A DNA stretch of 63,831 nt, the filler included, from Collodictyon triciliatum (lineage: Eukaryota): assembly GCA_043381765.1 (NCBI GenBank). It is 6 parts of 6 records of this genome, joined end to end, with 100 filler letters (N's around TTAATTAATTAA, not from the genome) between each part and the next. Parts side by side here need not be neighbours in the genome. Positions count along the whole stretch, not along the records: positions 26,698 to 39,927 come from JBHJMP010000739.1; positions 40,028 to 44,360 come from JBHJMP010000740.1; positions 44,461 to 53,065 come from JBHJMP010000741.1; positions 53,166 to 61,246 come from JBHJMP010000743.1; 2 more parts are not named here. One strand, 5' to 3'. Position 1 is the stretch's first letter, and each line of letters begins with the position of its first letter. This document shows positions 38,600 to 54,752 of this stretch, piece after piece. The notes under the pieces were generated by a model. The model was not told the DNA's origin. It made no database searches and was given only the letters and a program-made list of their open reading frames with translations. Both the position numbers and the translations under genes were made by a program.

Positions 38600-39258
38600 C
38601 CGCCCCACTTCCCCGCGCACACATACCCAATAAAGTTATCATCAGCCCTACGTCCCCTTCTCCCTTCCCTACAAACAAAAAAATCAGAGCCGAAACGAAG
38701 CAGGCTCGCATCCCCCCCTTCTCTTCCCCTTCGCGAAGCCTGACTTCCGTGGAGATAAGAAGAGAAGGCCAAAAAAAAAAAAATACATAGCGCAACGAAA
38801 TAATCAAAAAAGAAAAAAAAAGAAAAAAGGGGGAGCGGCTTCCTTTTTGGCAGATTATACTGTGTGCGATTGCATCGGACAAGTCACGATTCACGGGAAT
38901 GAAGCTTGGCGAAATCAATCACTCTGATTGCATTCTGCATCAAACGCGACCATCACACTGCCCAAAAAAGACATCAGTAGCCCGTGTCGTCAACTGCCCA
39001 AATCAGCACATAATGCGTTTTTTTAAAAAAATGCGTTTCTACCCGTTGCGCGAATCCACCCGTTGTGCGATTCTTTTCTGTTCCGAACCCGTAAGGCGCC
39101 TTCTTTGGACGAATCTACTTGAAGCATTAGACTCAATCACGCGCAATCAAACGCCTGCCGGAGTCAAGAGCTGGGCGAGTTGCAAGGCGGGTGAATCGTG
39201 GCCGCTGACTTGTCCTCCCACTTAGTTTCCACAAAGCTCGCGCAATCAAAAGGGCGCA

Positions 39259-39382
39259 ATGTCTACTCCGCGTCGCCGCTTTGCCAATCAGTCCAACACA
39301 CAAATCAAGTCTCTCACGCTTGCGGAGTTGCAGCGCTTCGGCCCTGAAGACTTTGATGTCAAGCAGATCGTCACTCTCTTGG
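39259..39382 (+). CDS. Probable first exon of a gene cut by the contig end (MSTPRRRF...FGPEDFDVKQIVTLL); product unknown
   Basis: ATG after a CpG-rich region, open frame ending at a GTAACT donor, then a pyrimidine microsatellite and the linker. Confidence 0.45.
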
Positions 39383-39424
39383 GTAACTTACTCACTCAAC
39401 TCTCATCTCAATATATTTTCATCC

Positions 39425-39927
39425 TTTTTCTCTTTTCTTCATTTTCTTCATTTCTCTTTTTCTTTTCTTTTTTTTCCTTTTCCTTTTTATGTCTTTTCCT
39501 TTTTCTTATTTTCTTCATTTTCTTCATTTTCTTCATCATTCTTTTTCTGTATTTCTTTTTCTGTATTTCTTTTTCTGTACCCCTTTTTCTCTCTTTTTCT
39601 CTCTTTTTCTCTCTTTTTCTCTCTTTTTCTCTCTTTTTCTTCTTTTCTCTCTTTTTCTCTCTTTTTCTCTCTTTTTCTCTCTTTTCTCTCTTTTCTCTCC
39701 TTTCTCTCTTTTCTTTCTCTTTTTTCTACTTTTCTACTTTTCTTCTTTTTCTACTTTTCTACTTTTCTTCTTTTTCTTTCTTATTCTCTCTTTTATTCTC
39801 TCTTTTTCTCTCTTTTTCTCTCTCTTTTTCTCTCTCTTTTCTCTCTCTTTTCTCTCTCTTTTCTCTCTCTTTTCTCTCTCTTTTCTCTCTCTTTTCTCTC
39901 TCTTTTCTCTCTCTTTTCTCTCTCTCT
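39425..39927. repeat. C/T low-complexity polypyrimidine tract at a contig end
   Basis: Direct reading. Confidence 0.9.
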
Positions 39928-39971
39928 NNNNNNNNNNNNNNNNNNNNNNNNNNNNNNNNNNNNNNNNNNNN

Positions 39972-39983
39972 TTAATTAATTAA
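39972..39983. other. Artificial contig linker
   Basis: TTAATTAATTAA flanked by N runs. Confidence 0.97.
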
Positions 39984-40141
39984 NNNNNNNNNNNNNNNNN
40001 NNNNNNNNNNNNNNNNNNNNNNNNNNNAAAAAAAAAAAACAAACAAAAAAACAAACAAAAAAACAAACAAAAAAACAAACAAAAAAACAAACAAAAAAAC
40101 AAACAAAAAAACAAACAAAAAAACAATTGTTTTCATCACAG

Positions 40142-43100
40142 TATCAAGAAGTTGGGAATTAGTTGACAAAACTGGAGATGGTCGCACATTTCATGTTGCT
40201 ACGGGAATAGGCAACGAATTCGTCGCCTTCTATGGCTTTTATAATTATACTAAGCTTTATTCCACAGCTAGAGCATTTAATGTTGGTGAGGATTCAAAAC
40301 AGAAATAATTTCATCAAATTTTCTTTTGAATTATATCAGACCTTCACTTTGTTTTTAATACATGAAAATGAAACCCCACCTTCACTTGTCGGTCATCATT
40401 CCAATCAAGCTTCAGCTACATTCAAATAATGTCTTATTAATGGTAAATCAGAAACCATGAAGTGGAGAACTGTTGAAACAACAGGAAATAGCCCTTTCAT
40501 CCCAGGACCACCAGTTACTCCCGCAATGGCAATTCACCAGAATAAGTTATACTTTTATGGCGGCCTTTACCTATACGGTCCGCCAACGCAGGGGAAAATA
40601 TTAAGGACTCTGAATTTGGGTATTTTTTTTTGTAATACCTTTTTGTCTTTATGCAAAAATCGAGCTGGGTTGCAGGAGCATTATTCAGTTCCTCTTAGAT
40701 TGAAACAAAGTTATTTTGATTTCATTTATTTATACATGTATTTTCCCTTTTTCCAGCTCTTGGGGATGTTTCACCTTTAATTGCACGCATAAAATTATTT
40801 ATTCAAAAAATATTTCTCAGATAATTATGGAACTTTTATAAATTATAAATTAACACTAAACAATAGACACCTGGGTCTGGAGTATTGAGAGTACCACGGG
40901 AACATATTCACCTTGGAGACTCGGGGGAGTATTTTTTTCACTAGGCCCATTTTTAATGAACTTTGGAGGGGTTAGTATCTTCGATTCAAAGATGAAGGAC
41001 CCATATGCACTCGACACTCGTACGTAAAACAAAAAAAAAAAATTAAAAAAANNNNNNNNNNNNNNNNNNNNNNNNNNNNNNNNNNNNNNNNNNNNNNNNN
41101 NNNNNNNNNNNNNNNNNNNNNNNNNNNNNNNNNNNNNNNNNNNNNNNNNNNAAAATAAAATAAAAAATAAAATAAAAAATAAAATAAAAAATAAAATAAA
41201 AAATAAAATAAAAAATAAAATAAAAAATAAAATAAAAAATAAAATAAAAATAAAATAAAATTGCACCATGAGTACTTGACTATGAAAGCCATATATGCGT
41301 ATTCCTAACATAGAAAGATAGTCCGAATCACAAATATTTCGAATAGGAACTAATGAATGGTCAAGACTCTCCTATGAAAACATCACTGGGGTATTCATCT
41401 CGGTTGTAACACAAGGAACCAAAGCATTCTTCCGCACAGACTCGAAACATATGTGGATGATTGATTATGAAACATGTCCTATCCACATACAATCACGTGC
41501 AATTTGCAAAGAGAACATATATTTGTGTTTTGAACAGTAAGTCTTCTTTTAATATCAGACAAATCAAAATACGTTAGTTTACCTCTCAAAAAATATCAAG
41601 GTACTACGGAGAAGAGTGTCAATTTAAAAAATGTCCAGAGGATTGCAAGTTAACCAACAGATTATGCGACGCGCTGGATGGTATATGTGTCGATAAAGTA
41701 CGTTCTCCGAATCTATATGATGTGTGAACAACAATATAGCTCTCAATTATGGTTAGACCCAATAATGATTCTAAATTTTAATTTACAAATCTATATTTTT
41801 TTTAAGTATTGAACAAATTACTACAGGCGAATGCAAAAAGCTCGGCTGATGGCGCACCTGTAGTTCTGATTGTTGGGGTGTGTATCGGTGCGGGTGTTGC
41901 TTTGACCATTGCGTTCTATATATTCTACCGAAAGAATAAAAAAGTGAAGGAAAAGGCAGCCGAGAGGGAATCTCAACTTCTAGTGAACGTCCCTATAACT
42001 GAGATTGAACTCGGAAATCCTCTTGGTAGTGGAAGTTTTGGAGAGGTATGAAATCAGACCAATTTAACAAAAACAAAAACAACTTTTTTTTTTTTTTTTA
42101 GAAAAAACCCAAAAGAAAAAAATAACTTATTTGCTAGTGGGATTCACCACAATTGCCGCGATAGGTGTACCTCGCTAAATGGAGAGGGGCAGATGTTGCA
42201 GTGAAGAAACTGAGATCTAAAAATATCACAAAGGATATGAGAAAATCGTTTGAAGAGGAAGTGGGCATGATGGTGTCAGTAAAATCATAATACACAAGTT
42301 GTTGTCATCTTTCTGCGATGTTGTTAATTTTCTCTCCATTTGAATAATTTGGCATAATAATGACAATGTCAGGAAATTGAGGCACCCAAACATCGTCTTG
42401 TACATGGGAGTATGTCTAGATAAGAACAACATGGCCATCATATCTGAATTCATGAGCAAAGGCAGTCTTTTTGATGTACGGTTGCTTGAATAAGTCAATC
42501 CTGCTTAAAATTAAAGGATAAATATTCTTTTCATTATAAAAAATGTTTACATAACAATATTTGGTATAGGTGCTTCATAACGCCGATTTAGAGTTGGATA
42601 TTGGAGTAAAATTAGGTTTTATTCATGACGCAGCCAAAGGTATCATTTCGATGTTCTACAGGAAACGATTAATTCAAAACTCGGTTCTTGGCATTTAATA
42701 GCCTTTTCTGTAAATAATTAATGGTTACTGACAGAACAGGCCTTTTTTTTTCTTTTTTGAAGAGTACTAGTAACATTACACATATTTACTCAGGCCTCCA
42801 GTACCTCCACCTATCTAACCCACCCATTTTACATCGAGATCTGAAGAGCCCGAATCTTTTGGTAGCGAGTCACTCTGATATTTTGATAGAATAACCCTAA
42901 TAAATATAGGATCTTTTCCATTAATGTGTACTTTCCTTTAACTGTGTTTTATTTCAATAATCAAGCTTGACGGGAGATGGAATGTGAAGATAAGGTGAGT
43001 TCAAAAACTATAAAAGATAAATCCGATGGATTATCAATTTTTTTTCTTTGCTGCATTATCGAGATACTTTATTGAAATTGCATATTTGCGACCGTATGTG

Positions 43101-44139
43101 CAAAGTGACTTTGGCCTTACTGTTGCTCGGGGTTCCGATCGTAAGCAAGACGAGCCTCCAGGGACACTGTTATGGATGGCGCCAGAAGTGATTGGTGGTG
43201 AAGAGTATGTGGAAGGGTCTGATGTGTTCAGCTATTCTGTTATATGTTGGGAGGTATTCACGAGACAAGAACCCTTTGAGGTATTGTAAAAATCCCCAAC
43301 GAGTTAGTTACGTTGATGACAAAGTTTGAGCTTCTCGTGATAGCATATTTCAAGTTCTTCACTGCCATGTTTCATAACAAAATTTAAAATTAGGGAGAAA
43401 ATGCTGTGGCTGTGGCTCTTCAAGTATGGAATGCAGGTCGTCGTTTGGTGTTTCCTCCTGCAATTGAGATACCAGTTGAAATAAGAGAAATGATTGAGTT
43501 ATCCTGGAGTCAAGTTGTTAGCGAGCGCCCGTCGTTCAAAGCAATTGTACAAAACATATCAACTTTCATAGACAAGTCTGGATATGCACCCTCATACGCA
43601 ACTTTGGAGTCATACAAGTCAAAGAAATCCATGTCGAGCTCACATTCAAAAGAAAAACCATCCCAATCTGCTCCTACTGGTACAGTTGCAATTGTCCATA
43701 CAGATATCCAAGGCTCTACACTATTGTGGGAGAAAGCACCACGAGCGATGGCAGAATCTCTTATTCTACACAATAATTTGACACGCAAATGTATAAAAGA
43801 GCATAACGTAGGACCCTTACATATGAGATTACTATGCAGTTTCATTGTTTTTTTTTTTTTTTTTTGAAAAAAAAAAAGTAAAAATTTTTACTTTATCGAT
43901 TTTTTCTCTCCTATTTTTTATGATAACAAATTACTCTTTGGTAGGGGTATGAAGTCAAAACAGAAGGGGACGCATTTATTGTAGCTTTTTCATCGGCGTT
44001 AAATGCAATCAAGTTTTGCTTGAAGGCTCAAGAGGTATTGTTGATGGCAGATTGGCCCGAGGATATTTTAAGTCAACCCGACGCATCCGTGGTCGTGCTT
44101 CAAAATCAGGCAATATTCCGTGGAGTCAGGGTTCGCATG
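40142..44139 (+). CDS. Receptor-type protein: Kelch repeats, EGF-like segment, TM, TKL protein kinase, class III (adenylyl) cyclase; partial at both ends
   Basis: Kelch-like exons (KLYFYGG, FLMNFGG, WRTV/WVWS/EWSR). Cys-rich YYGEECQFKKCPEDC. TM VVLIVGVCIGAGVALTIAFYIFY. Kinase LGSGSFGEV, VAVKK, LRHPNIV, HRDLKSPNLL, DFG, GTLLWMAPE, DVFSY, RPSF. Cyclase APTGTVAIVHTDIQGSTLLWE, GYEVKTEGDAF, FRGVRVRM. Confidence 0.92.
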
Positions 44140-44404
44140 GTAATCGTTGCTTTATAGAGGGATGGTCTCTTTCATATGTTAATTAAAAAAAAAACAGATA
44201 AAAATATAAAAATACCAGAAATCAATAAATTAAACTTGACTCGAAGGTTACATATACGAGGATTTAGGTGTGCAAAAGACCATTTCATATGTGATATAAC
44301 AAAATAAAAATAAAAATAAAATAAAAAATAAAATAAAAAATAAAATAAAAAATAAAATAANNNNNNNNNNNNNNNNNNNNNNNNNNNNNNNNNNNNNNNN
44401 NNNN

Positions 44405-44416
44405 TTAATTAATTAA
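44405..44416. other. Artificial contig linker
   Basis: TTAATTAATTAA flanked by N runs. Confidence 0.97.
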
Positions 44417-45270
44417 NNNNNNNNNNNNNNNNNNNNNNNNNNNNNNNNNNNNNNNNNNNNTTTTCTTTTCTTTTCTTTTCTTTTCTTTTCTTTTCTTTTC
44501 TTTTCTTTTCTTTTCTTTTCTTTCTTTTCTTTTCTTTCTTTTTTCTCTTTCTTTTTTCTCTTTCTTTTTTCTCTTTCTTTTTTCCTCTTTCTTTTTAAAA
44601 AAAGGCCTTCATCTCCTGTCTTTATAAAACCCAATGCACCATAGAAGGCTCCTTTTCAATGCGCGAAGAAATGAAATGCGGCTCCTGGTATACCTAATTC
44701 AAATACTGATGAAGTGATACATGATATTCTAAACCACAATAAATACCAGGCCGATGCGCCAGACAGCGCTCTTAGCAGCAAAGATTCTGCGTGATTAGAA
44801 TATCTGTACCATGGAAGAAGGACATAGCGACGCTTTGAAAGAAAAAAGAAGAAAAAATATATTAATTATACAATCAGATGACACACAATTAGACAACGAA
44901 ATCACACAATGATGATACTTCTCCAAATACCCCTTCTAGTATATCAATAAACTTGATGCCCCTCCAAATGAATAAACACATCCAACCCTTTCATATCCTT
45001 GACAAGCCGGCTGCAAATGAAATCGACCTCGTAATGAGTCTCGAAAGATGTGTTGTTGTGGCCAAGCCCTTGACATCTCCTCAGACTCTTGCGTAGTGTG
45101 TTTCTTTGAATACGGGCGCTCGTTGGCTTTTTTGGCTGGGAGAAAAGAAAATGCAGATGAAACCATCCGAGTACGCCAATAAGAGAGAGAGAGAGAGAGA
45201 GTGTGTGTGTGTGTGTGTGTGTAGAAGTATTGCCAGTGAGTCTCTCTTCAACTCTGCTTCGCAACATTAA

Positions 45271-48702
<3,432 letters not shown>

Positions 48703-49162
48703 TAGGTAGGTTGTTGAGTGCGGGTGGGCGATAACTGCTGTGCGTCGTTTCGTCCCCGATAGATTTGGTCATGATATCCGAGCCCTGTCTCCATCATAGA
48801 TGCATTTCAATCATCCCTGCAATAAGGAATAGTCAAAACATCCCATGCTTGATTCCACAAGAGAAAAATAAAAGAGAAATAGGCCATACAAAAGCCAAAG
48901 AAGACTAAATAAGAAAAATGAAAAAAAATGCTGGTTGAGCAGGTTTAGTTTGCAACTTTATTCGTCTTGCTTTTCGCATATAGACGCGTAACCCACAAAA
49001 CAACATGCGGTACATTCACACAAAAGTGGAGAAATAAAAAGCATGGAAGGAAGAAAAAGAGACGATGGTGACATATTCATGGTGTGAAGTGGGAGCCTCA
49101 AGTGATTGCTCAAAAATACAGAGGATTCGCCCTGTCACTGCGCACACATCCCCAAGCATCTG

Positions 49163-52100
49163 TTACTTTTCGGATGGAGGAGGTGTTTCTGGGCTGGAGT
49201 CGGTTGATACTGCAAATCCCACATTTCTCGGACTTGCTTTATCCGTGATGAAACTGCAAAGATGAAAAGTATCACGTAAGAGTTCATGGTGATTTAATTG
49301 TGAAACGAACAATGAGGGTTCAGCTTTGTGGGGTGAACATGAGCAACGAGGATTACCTGTTTCTTCGTGATAAAAGCTTCGCCCTTGCGCCTTTCCACAC
49401 TGCAATAATATAATTTTGAGTGCATATTCAGAAAAGAATGTACATAAAAAGAAATACTTTTGACACATTATTTGGATTATCACTCTTTATGTTTTCGTAC
49501 AAAGACTATACAAGAGCACAATAACTAATCTGCAGCGAAAATATGCGAGTGCGTGAAAAAAATACATACGCGGAGCTGGAAGAGATTCTGGTACGGGAAG
49601 GCAATTATGCACCAACCACGCTCTATAATCCATCGCCGAGATGCCAAGTACATCTTGACGAAGAAACGTAATCATATTTTGTAGCTAAAATTTTAAACCA
49701 TTTGATGAGGAAGGTAAATAGATGAATCAAGTGTATCGGTACTGAGGTATATATGTCCTGATTTTAAAGGTTTACACCTTTCAATTTTGTCTGTAAATTT
49801 AGAGGGTGAGTGAAGAGAGATATCCTGGTCACAAAAGATAGAGAAAAATAATAATTTCAAAGACCTCTGCTGAAGAATGGTACTCCAAAGGGATGAGCTT
49901 AATCATGCCATAAAGGATGACTCGGTTCAGTACTTCGTCAAGTTCTACAACCCTGATTTTCATCAAAGATTTCTATAATTATTCGTCCTGTACTGAAATT
50001 TCAGGGAATACAGGGAGCTTCAAAGGATATGTCTTTTTCCAAATAATTATAATGCACTCCGGTAGTGCGAATAAAGTATACCGCTTTAGCAATTTGAAGA
50101 AATATTCTTCTTCTGGCATTACTTTCTTTCCTTTTTCCGATATACTACTGAGGATACTAACAAACCACGGATTTTTGCTGTGGCTTTTTATGTGTCTTAT
50201 GAATCGTTCTTTCTTTGCCTGCAAAAGAAGTGGTCAATTAAAGTGATGTAATGTAATTGTTATGTTTAATTTAGTTTTGTTTTTTGTTTTTTGTTTTTTG
50301 TTTTTTGTTTTTTGTTTTTTGTTTTTTGTTTTTTGTTTTTTGTTTTTTGTTTTTTGTTTTTTGTTTTTTGTTNNNNNNNNNNNNNNNNNNNNNNNNNNNN
50401 NNNNNNNNNNNNNNNNNNNNNNNNNNNNNNNNNNNNNNNNNNNNNNNNNNNNNNNNNNNNNNNNNNNNNNNNTTTTTGTTTTTTGTTTTTTGTTTTTTGT
50501 TTTTTGTTTTTTGTTTTTTGTTTTTTGTTTTTTGTTTTTTGTTTCGTCCAAATAGAATAAAGGTATTCAAAAATGATGAGCTCAGATATACCACCTAAGC
50601 CATTCAGAAATATATATGTATAAACCTTTAATCGCATCGTCTCGAGCTCGCCTGCTGCATCGAGGACACCACACTACAATTCGAATAGTGCTTAAATTGG
50701 TGTAAAAGAACTTGCAACTGTTTTTTTTTATTGTTGTTGTTCCTCTTTTCAATAAAATATAAAGAAATGCTATTGATAAATATGAGCACACTAGATAATT
50801 CAATGACATACACAGGACTGGGGAAGAAAAAGATAAGAAGAAATACTCATACGCTTTGCGTCTGATCGAGAACTGAAAACTTTGATTTTATTGTCATCAG
50901 CATATCTTGGTCATGCCTAGCAGCGTTAAAAAAAAAAATAGAGTAATGCAAGTGATGACATAAGAAATGAACTATATGGCGAGCATAAAACATAGTATGC
51001 GTAAGGTAAAGTTCACGAAAGTTGTGTTGGTGCTATTTAATCCAACCTGGCTATGTCCCCGTGAAGTCTTTGAGTCAGCGTTCTTTTGGTTTGGTAAAAA
51101 TCCAACCTTGTCTGTGAAATCTGGTTATTGGCAAGAAAAATAAAATGAGGCACCAAGGCAGCGATATGAATAGAATGGAAAAATTGAAAATCAAATGGCA
51201 GTCAACCACTCACAGAAAACTCTGCATCAAGCAGAGTATTTTTCAGTGTTCCGAATAACTCGGTCGTGTTTGAGCTTTCGCATACAGAGCCGGTTTCGTG
51301 TTTTAAAAATCTAGCTGACGCGGGATGCGATTCCTTGCGGCCATCCTTCCCACTCTCCGATATGACCGGTTCGGACTTTCTTGGTCTGTCTGTTTGAGGC
51401 ATCGTGTGAAACCCACCGGGTGTGCTAGTGTTCAGGAAATAAGCATCGTAAGTGATTTATTGGTAGAGTATATTCGATCCATATTAACCAGATTTGTTTA
51501 TTCTCTGTATGGACTATGCTTCTAGTTGATGGTATTTAGTTACACTGGTGGAAGTTCATTGTTGCTTGAATGTTTTCTGATTGTGCTACTCTCGATGGAC
51601 TTTAATGAGAGTGGAGGAACGCCCTAGAGGATTATGGACACCAACACTTTGATTATGGATATACGACACCATATGTTGGGTGAAATATATACAGATGTTT
51701 GTGAGGATAGCCAGAGAAATTGTGTAATTTTCTTCGTACCCTGACAGACATCGGAGTAATAGGAGGTTCCTCGCTCTGGGGCACAGGCAGTGAGTAACTT
51801 GTTGCAGTGATGAACAAATCTCCGGGCTTGGATGCAGACTCCATTCCATCCTGCTTCGGCGTTTGGCTCGCTAATAGATGATATATCAGGGGATTCAAAA
51901 ATGATGTGTGAATCGTTCGCTGGAACGCTCAAGATTTATTTCAACAAGTCATTTATTCAACTTTGAATCTGGCTTTGTCTTTCCGATGAATAAAATGTTA
52001 ACAGCAAGGGAGAAGCGAAGGCGAACTAAATTTTGGAGAAGAAAAAAAAACCGGTTCCAATCCTTTTTATCTCATCAATAAAGTGAGCACTAGGAACTGT

Positions 52101-52800
52101 ATCCAACAACTGTGTGCCAGCCTTGAAGGTGGGGTGTAAGCATTTATGGTGTCAAATTGAAAGGAAAAATGTTATGATTTTCAATTGATTAATAAAGTAT
52201 GAAGATATATATAAATACATACTTTAACAACTTTGAGCCTTTCATTCGCTTGAACTAACCGGTTTCTGATAAAAGAATAGCCGCTGGGGATCTTTAAGAT
52301 TGATGCTTCTATCCAGGGCGGAAAAAAAAAAGCAATAGTTAAAATTTAGCGAGTAGTCATATAAAAACAGCATCGTTCTTTGAAGCATTGGAAATGAGCA
52401 TATGCAACTCGTTCAAATATATTGAGAAAGAAAAGTAAAACCTGAAGATGTCTGCACAGCGATATTATCTGATTGTTCGGGGTGTGGAGGGGGGTGTGAG
52501 GCCAGAAGTTCTTGTGGGTGCTGATCTTGGCTATAGGTGGTATAGCATAAGAACACATCTTTTCCCTGATTAAAAAAAAAAACTCGCAAATATGCTTGAC
52601 ATGTCTCAGAATAAAATTTGGGCTTCAATTTCGTTCTCTACGGAATAAGTGATGGGGTCATATATAAAATTAGGATAGAAAGCTTCACAAGGAAATAACG
52701 CTTCGAGATTGAAATAATCATCATCATGAGAATAAAAAGTACGGTTCTAGCTCTACCATGCCTGTTTTGTGATGCGCAAGCCTGTTCGGATCAAGTTCCA
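49163..52800 (-). CDS. Multi-exon hypothetical protein; 5' boundary uncertain
   Basis: Phase-consistent 3' exons: KKERFIRHIKSHSKNPWF...FFKLLKR|VVELDEVLNRVILYGMIKLIP...; ITFLRQDVLGISAMDYRAWLVHN...PAP|LWKGARAKLLSRRN|SFITDK...PSEK*. Upstream exons are Ser/Pro-rich. No family recognised. Confidence 0.55.
50274..50544. repeat. (TTTTTTG)n spanning a gap, intronic
   Basis: Direct reading. Confidence 0.95.
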
Positions 52801-52991
52801 AATAACCTAAGGCGTACTTGTGTCAAAAGAAAAGAAAATTCACAAGAACAAGTGAAAAATAAAACTCATTTATTTCTGCCAGGCAATATTTAAAAAAAAC
52901 TTTGGCACGAGAAGCAACTTAAATAATTCCCCAATCCTCGAATTTTTCTTTTGTTTTCTTTTGTTTTTTTTTGTTTTTTTTTGTTTTTTTT

Positions 52992-53065
<74 letters not shown>

Positions 53066-53109
53066 NNNNNNNNNNNNNNNNNNNNNNNNNNNNNNNNNNN
53101 NNNNNNNNN

Positions 53110-53121
53110 TTAATTAATTAA
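53110..53121. other. Artificial contig linker
   Basis: TTAATTAATTAA flanked by N runs. Confidence 0.97.
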
Positions 53122-53397
53122 NNNNNNNNNNNNNNNNNNNNNNNNNNNNNNNNNNNNNNNNNNNNAGAAGAAAAAGAAGAAGAAAAAGAAGAAGAAAAAG
53201 AAGAAGAAAAAGAAGAAGAAAAAGAAGAAGAAAAAGAAGAAGAAAAAGAAGAAGAAAAAGAAGAAAAGAAAAAGAAAAAAGAAAACCAATTGAGCATTTA
53301 TTTGCATAATTACTAAGCAGGAATTTCGTTTCTCTCAATTTCCTGCAGAATTGAAAAATCAGCCTTTAACCAGCTATTCAAATGGGTAATAGAGAAC

Positions 53398-54211
53398 CCC
53401 AATGGATGCTGGTCGTCTGCATCGCCACGACGATGGAATGGCTGGCCACCAAGTTGCAAAAGCCGTTTGAAAAGCCGTTTCCCGACAACATTGAACTTTT
53501 TTTTAATGATTGGAATTAAGAAAATGCAAATATTAAAACCTTGGATTAGTAATTCTAGATTCGGAAATAGGCATTTAAAAGAAGAGAATAAACTGGAGCA
53601 ATCACCACGATATGTCAAGCTTACTTGTGGGTATGAAGAATCGCCGAGCCCAAAAACAGAATACTTCATGTTGCTAAGTGAGTCATTCGGCAAATCTTTT
53701 CGAAGAAGGAATCTCCAGAATTTCTTTATTGCAACGAGTATAATTTCGTAAACAAGCACATCAAAATGATGATATTGAATAACATTACTTTCTGATCATT
53801 GCGAATTTTTTTTATTGTAATCAATGGGAAAGAAAAAAGCAGTTTTTTTTTTTTTGGATAATGTGATAAAATTTCATATAAGCCCAAAGTAATTAATAAT
53901 ACTCGTTTGATGGCATAAAGCGTTACATTTATATTTCTACATGCTCTACCTTCATCATATCAGGCGTCTCTCCGTTCCCGGTTGTCGAGCAGATAAACAG
54001 TGCATAATTAATATCAGGGAGGGTTGACTAATGGGAAACCAAAGCGTATTTAGATTCCTTTTAGGGTCCATGAAAAGAGTATAAATGAGAGAACGGCGAG
54101 ACCCAGAATAAAAAAGATGGTTAGTTGTAAACATTGTGCAGGTGAAATATTACAACGTCAAACTCGCTCATGGACAAAACATGGCACTTAATTCTATGCC
54201 GAAACAACTCC
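53398..54211 (-). CDS. NDOR1: NADPH-dependent diflavin oxidoreductase 1 (Tah18/ATR3), flavodoxin-domain fragment
   Basis: Exons ELFRHRIKCHVLSMSEFDV|...FICSTTGNGETPDMMK|KFWRFLLRKDLP...YSVFGLGDSSYPQ|FNVVGKRLFKRLLQLGG...RGDADDQHPLG. The first exon and the FAD/NADPH domains are not present. Confidence 0.92.
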
Positions 54212-54480
54212 CTTTATCAAAATTGTATTTGCGTTAGCAAACTAATCCTTTATCGGGGTCGAAATGGGCATCATTGAAAACAGTAGTTTAATCATAAAAA
54301 TTGAAATAAATCGGGATCTAGAAAACATAGGCATATTTATAACAAAAGCTGAAAACAAAGGAGCAATAAGTAAGAGGGGTGGTATATTAAGACATGGTAG
54401 TAAAAATGAAATCAATAGTAAATAACTGGATCATAAACATGTCAATGGTAGAATGGTCTATTCAGCGCTGGCATAAAGAG

Positions 54481-54663
54481 AAAATAAAATAAAATAAAAT
54501 AAAATAAAATAAAATAAAATAAAATAAAATAAAATAAAATAAAATAAAAAATAAAATAAAAAANNNNNNNNNNNNNNNNNNNNNNNNNNNNNNNNNNNNN
54601 NNNATAAAATAAAATAAAATAAAATAAAATAAAATAAAATAAAATAAAATAAAATAATAAAAT
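54481..54663. repeat. (AAAAT)n on both sides of a 40-N gap
   Basis: Direct reading. Confidence 0.95.
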
Positions 54664-54752
54664 AGAAAGAAAAAGAAAAAGAAAAAGAAAGAGTGAAATT
54701 TGTTTATGCGTGTGATTATGTATTTAGTGAATTTTTTTAATCTCATTCTTAG

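Noticed and set aside
37877-38620. Poly-Asp/Glu, poly-His and poly-Met/Lys ORFs
   Set aside because: All derive from the CAT/CTT repeat inside GGT intron 38082-38473; the flanking exons splice in frame without it.
39259-44139. Exon at 39259 as the 5' end of the kinase-cyclase receptor
   Set aside because: Separated by an artificial linker at 39972, and it lacks a signal peptide.
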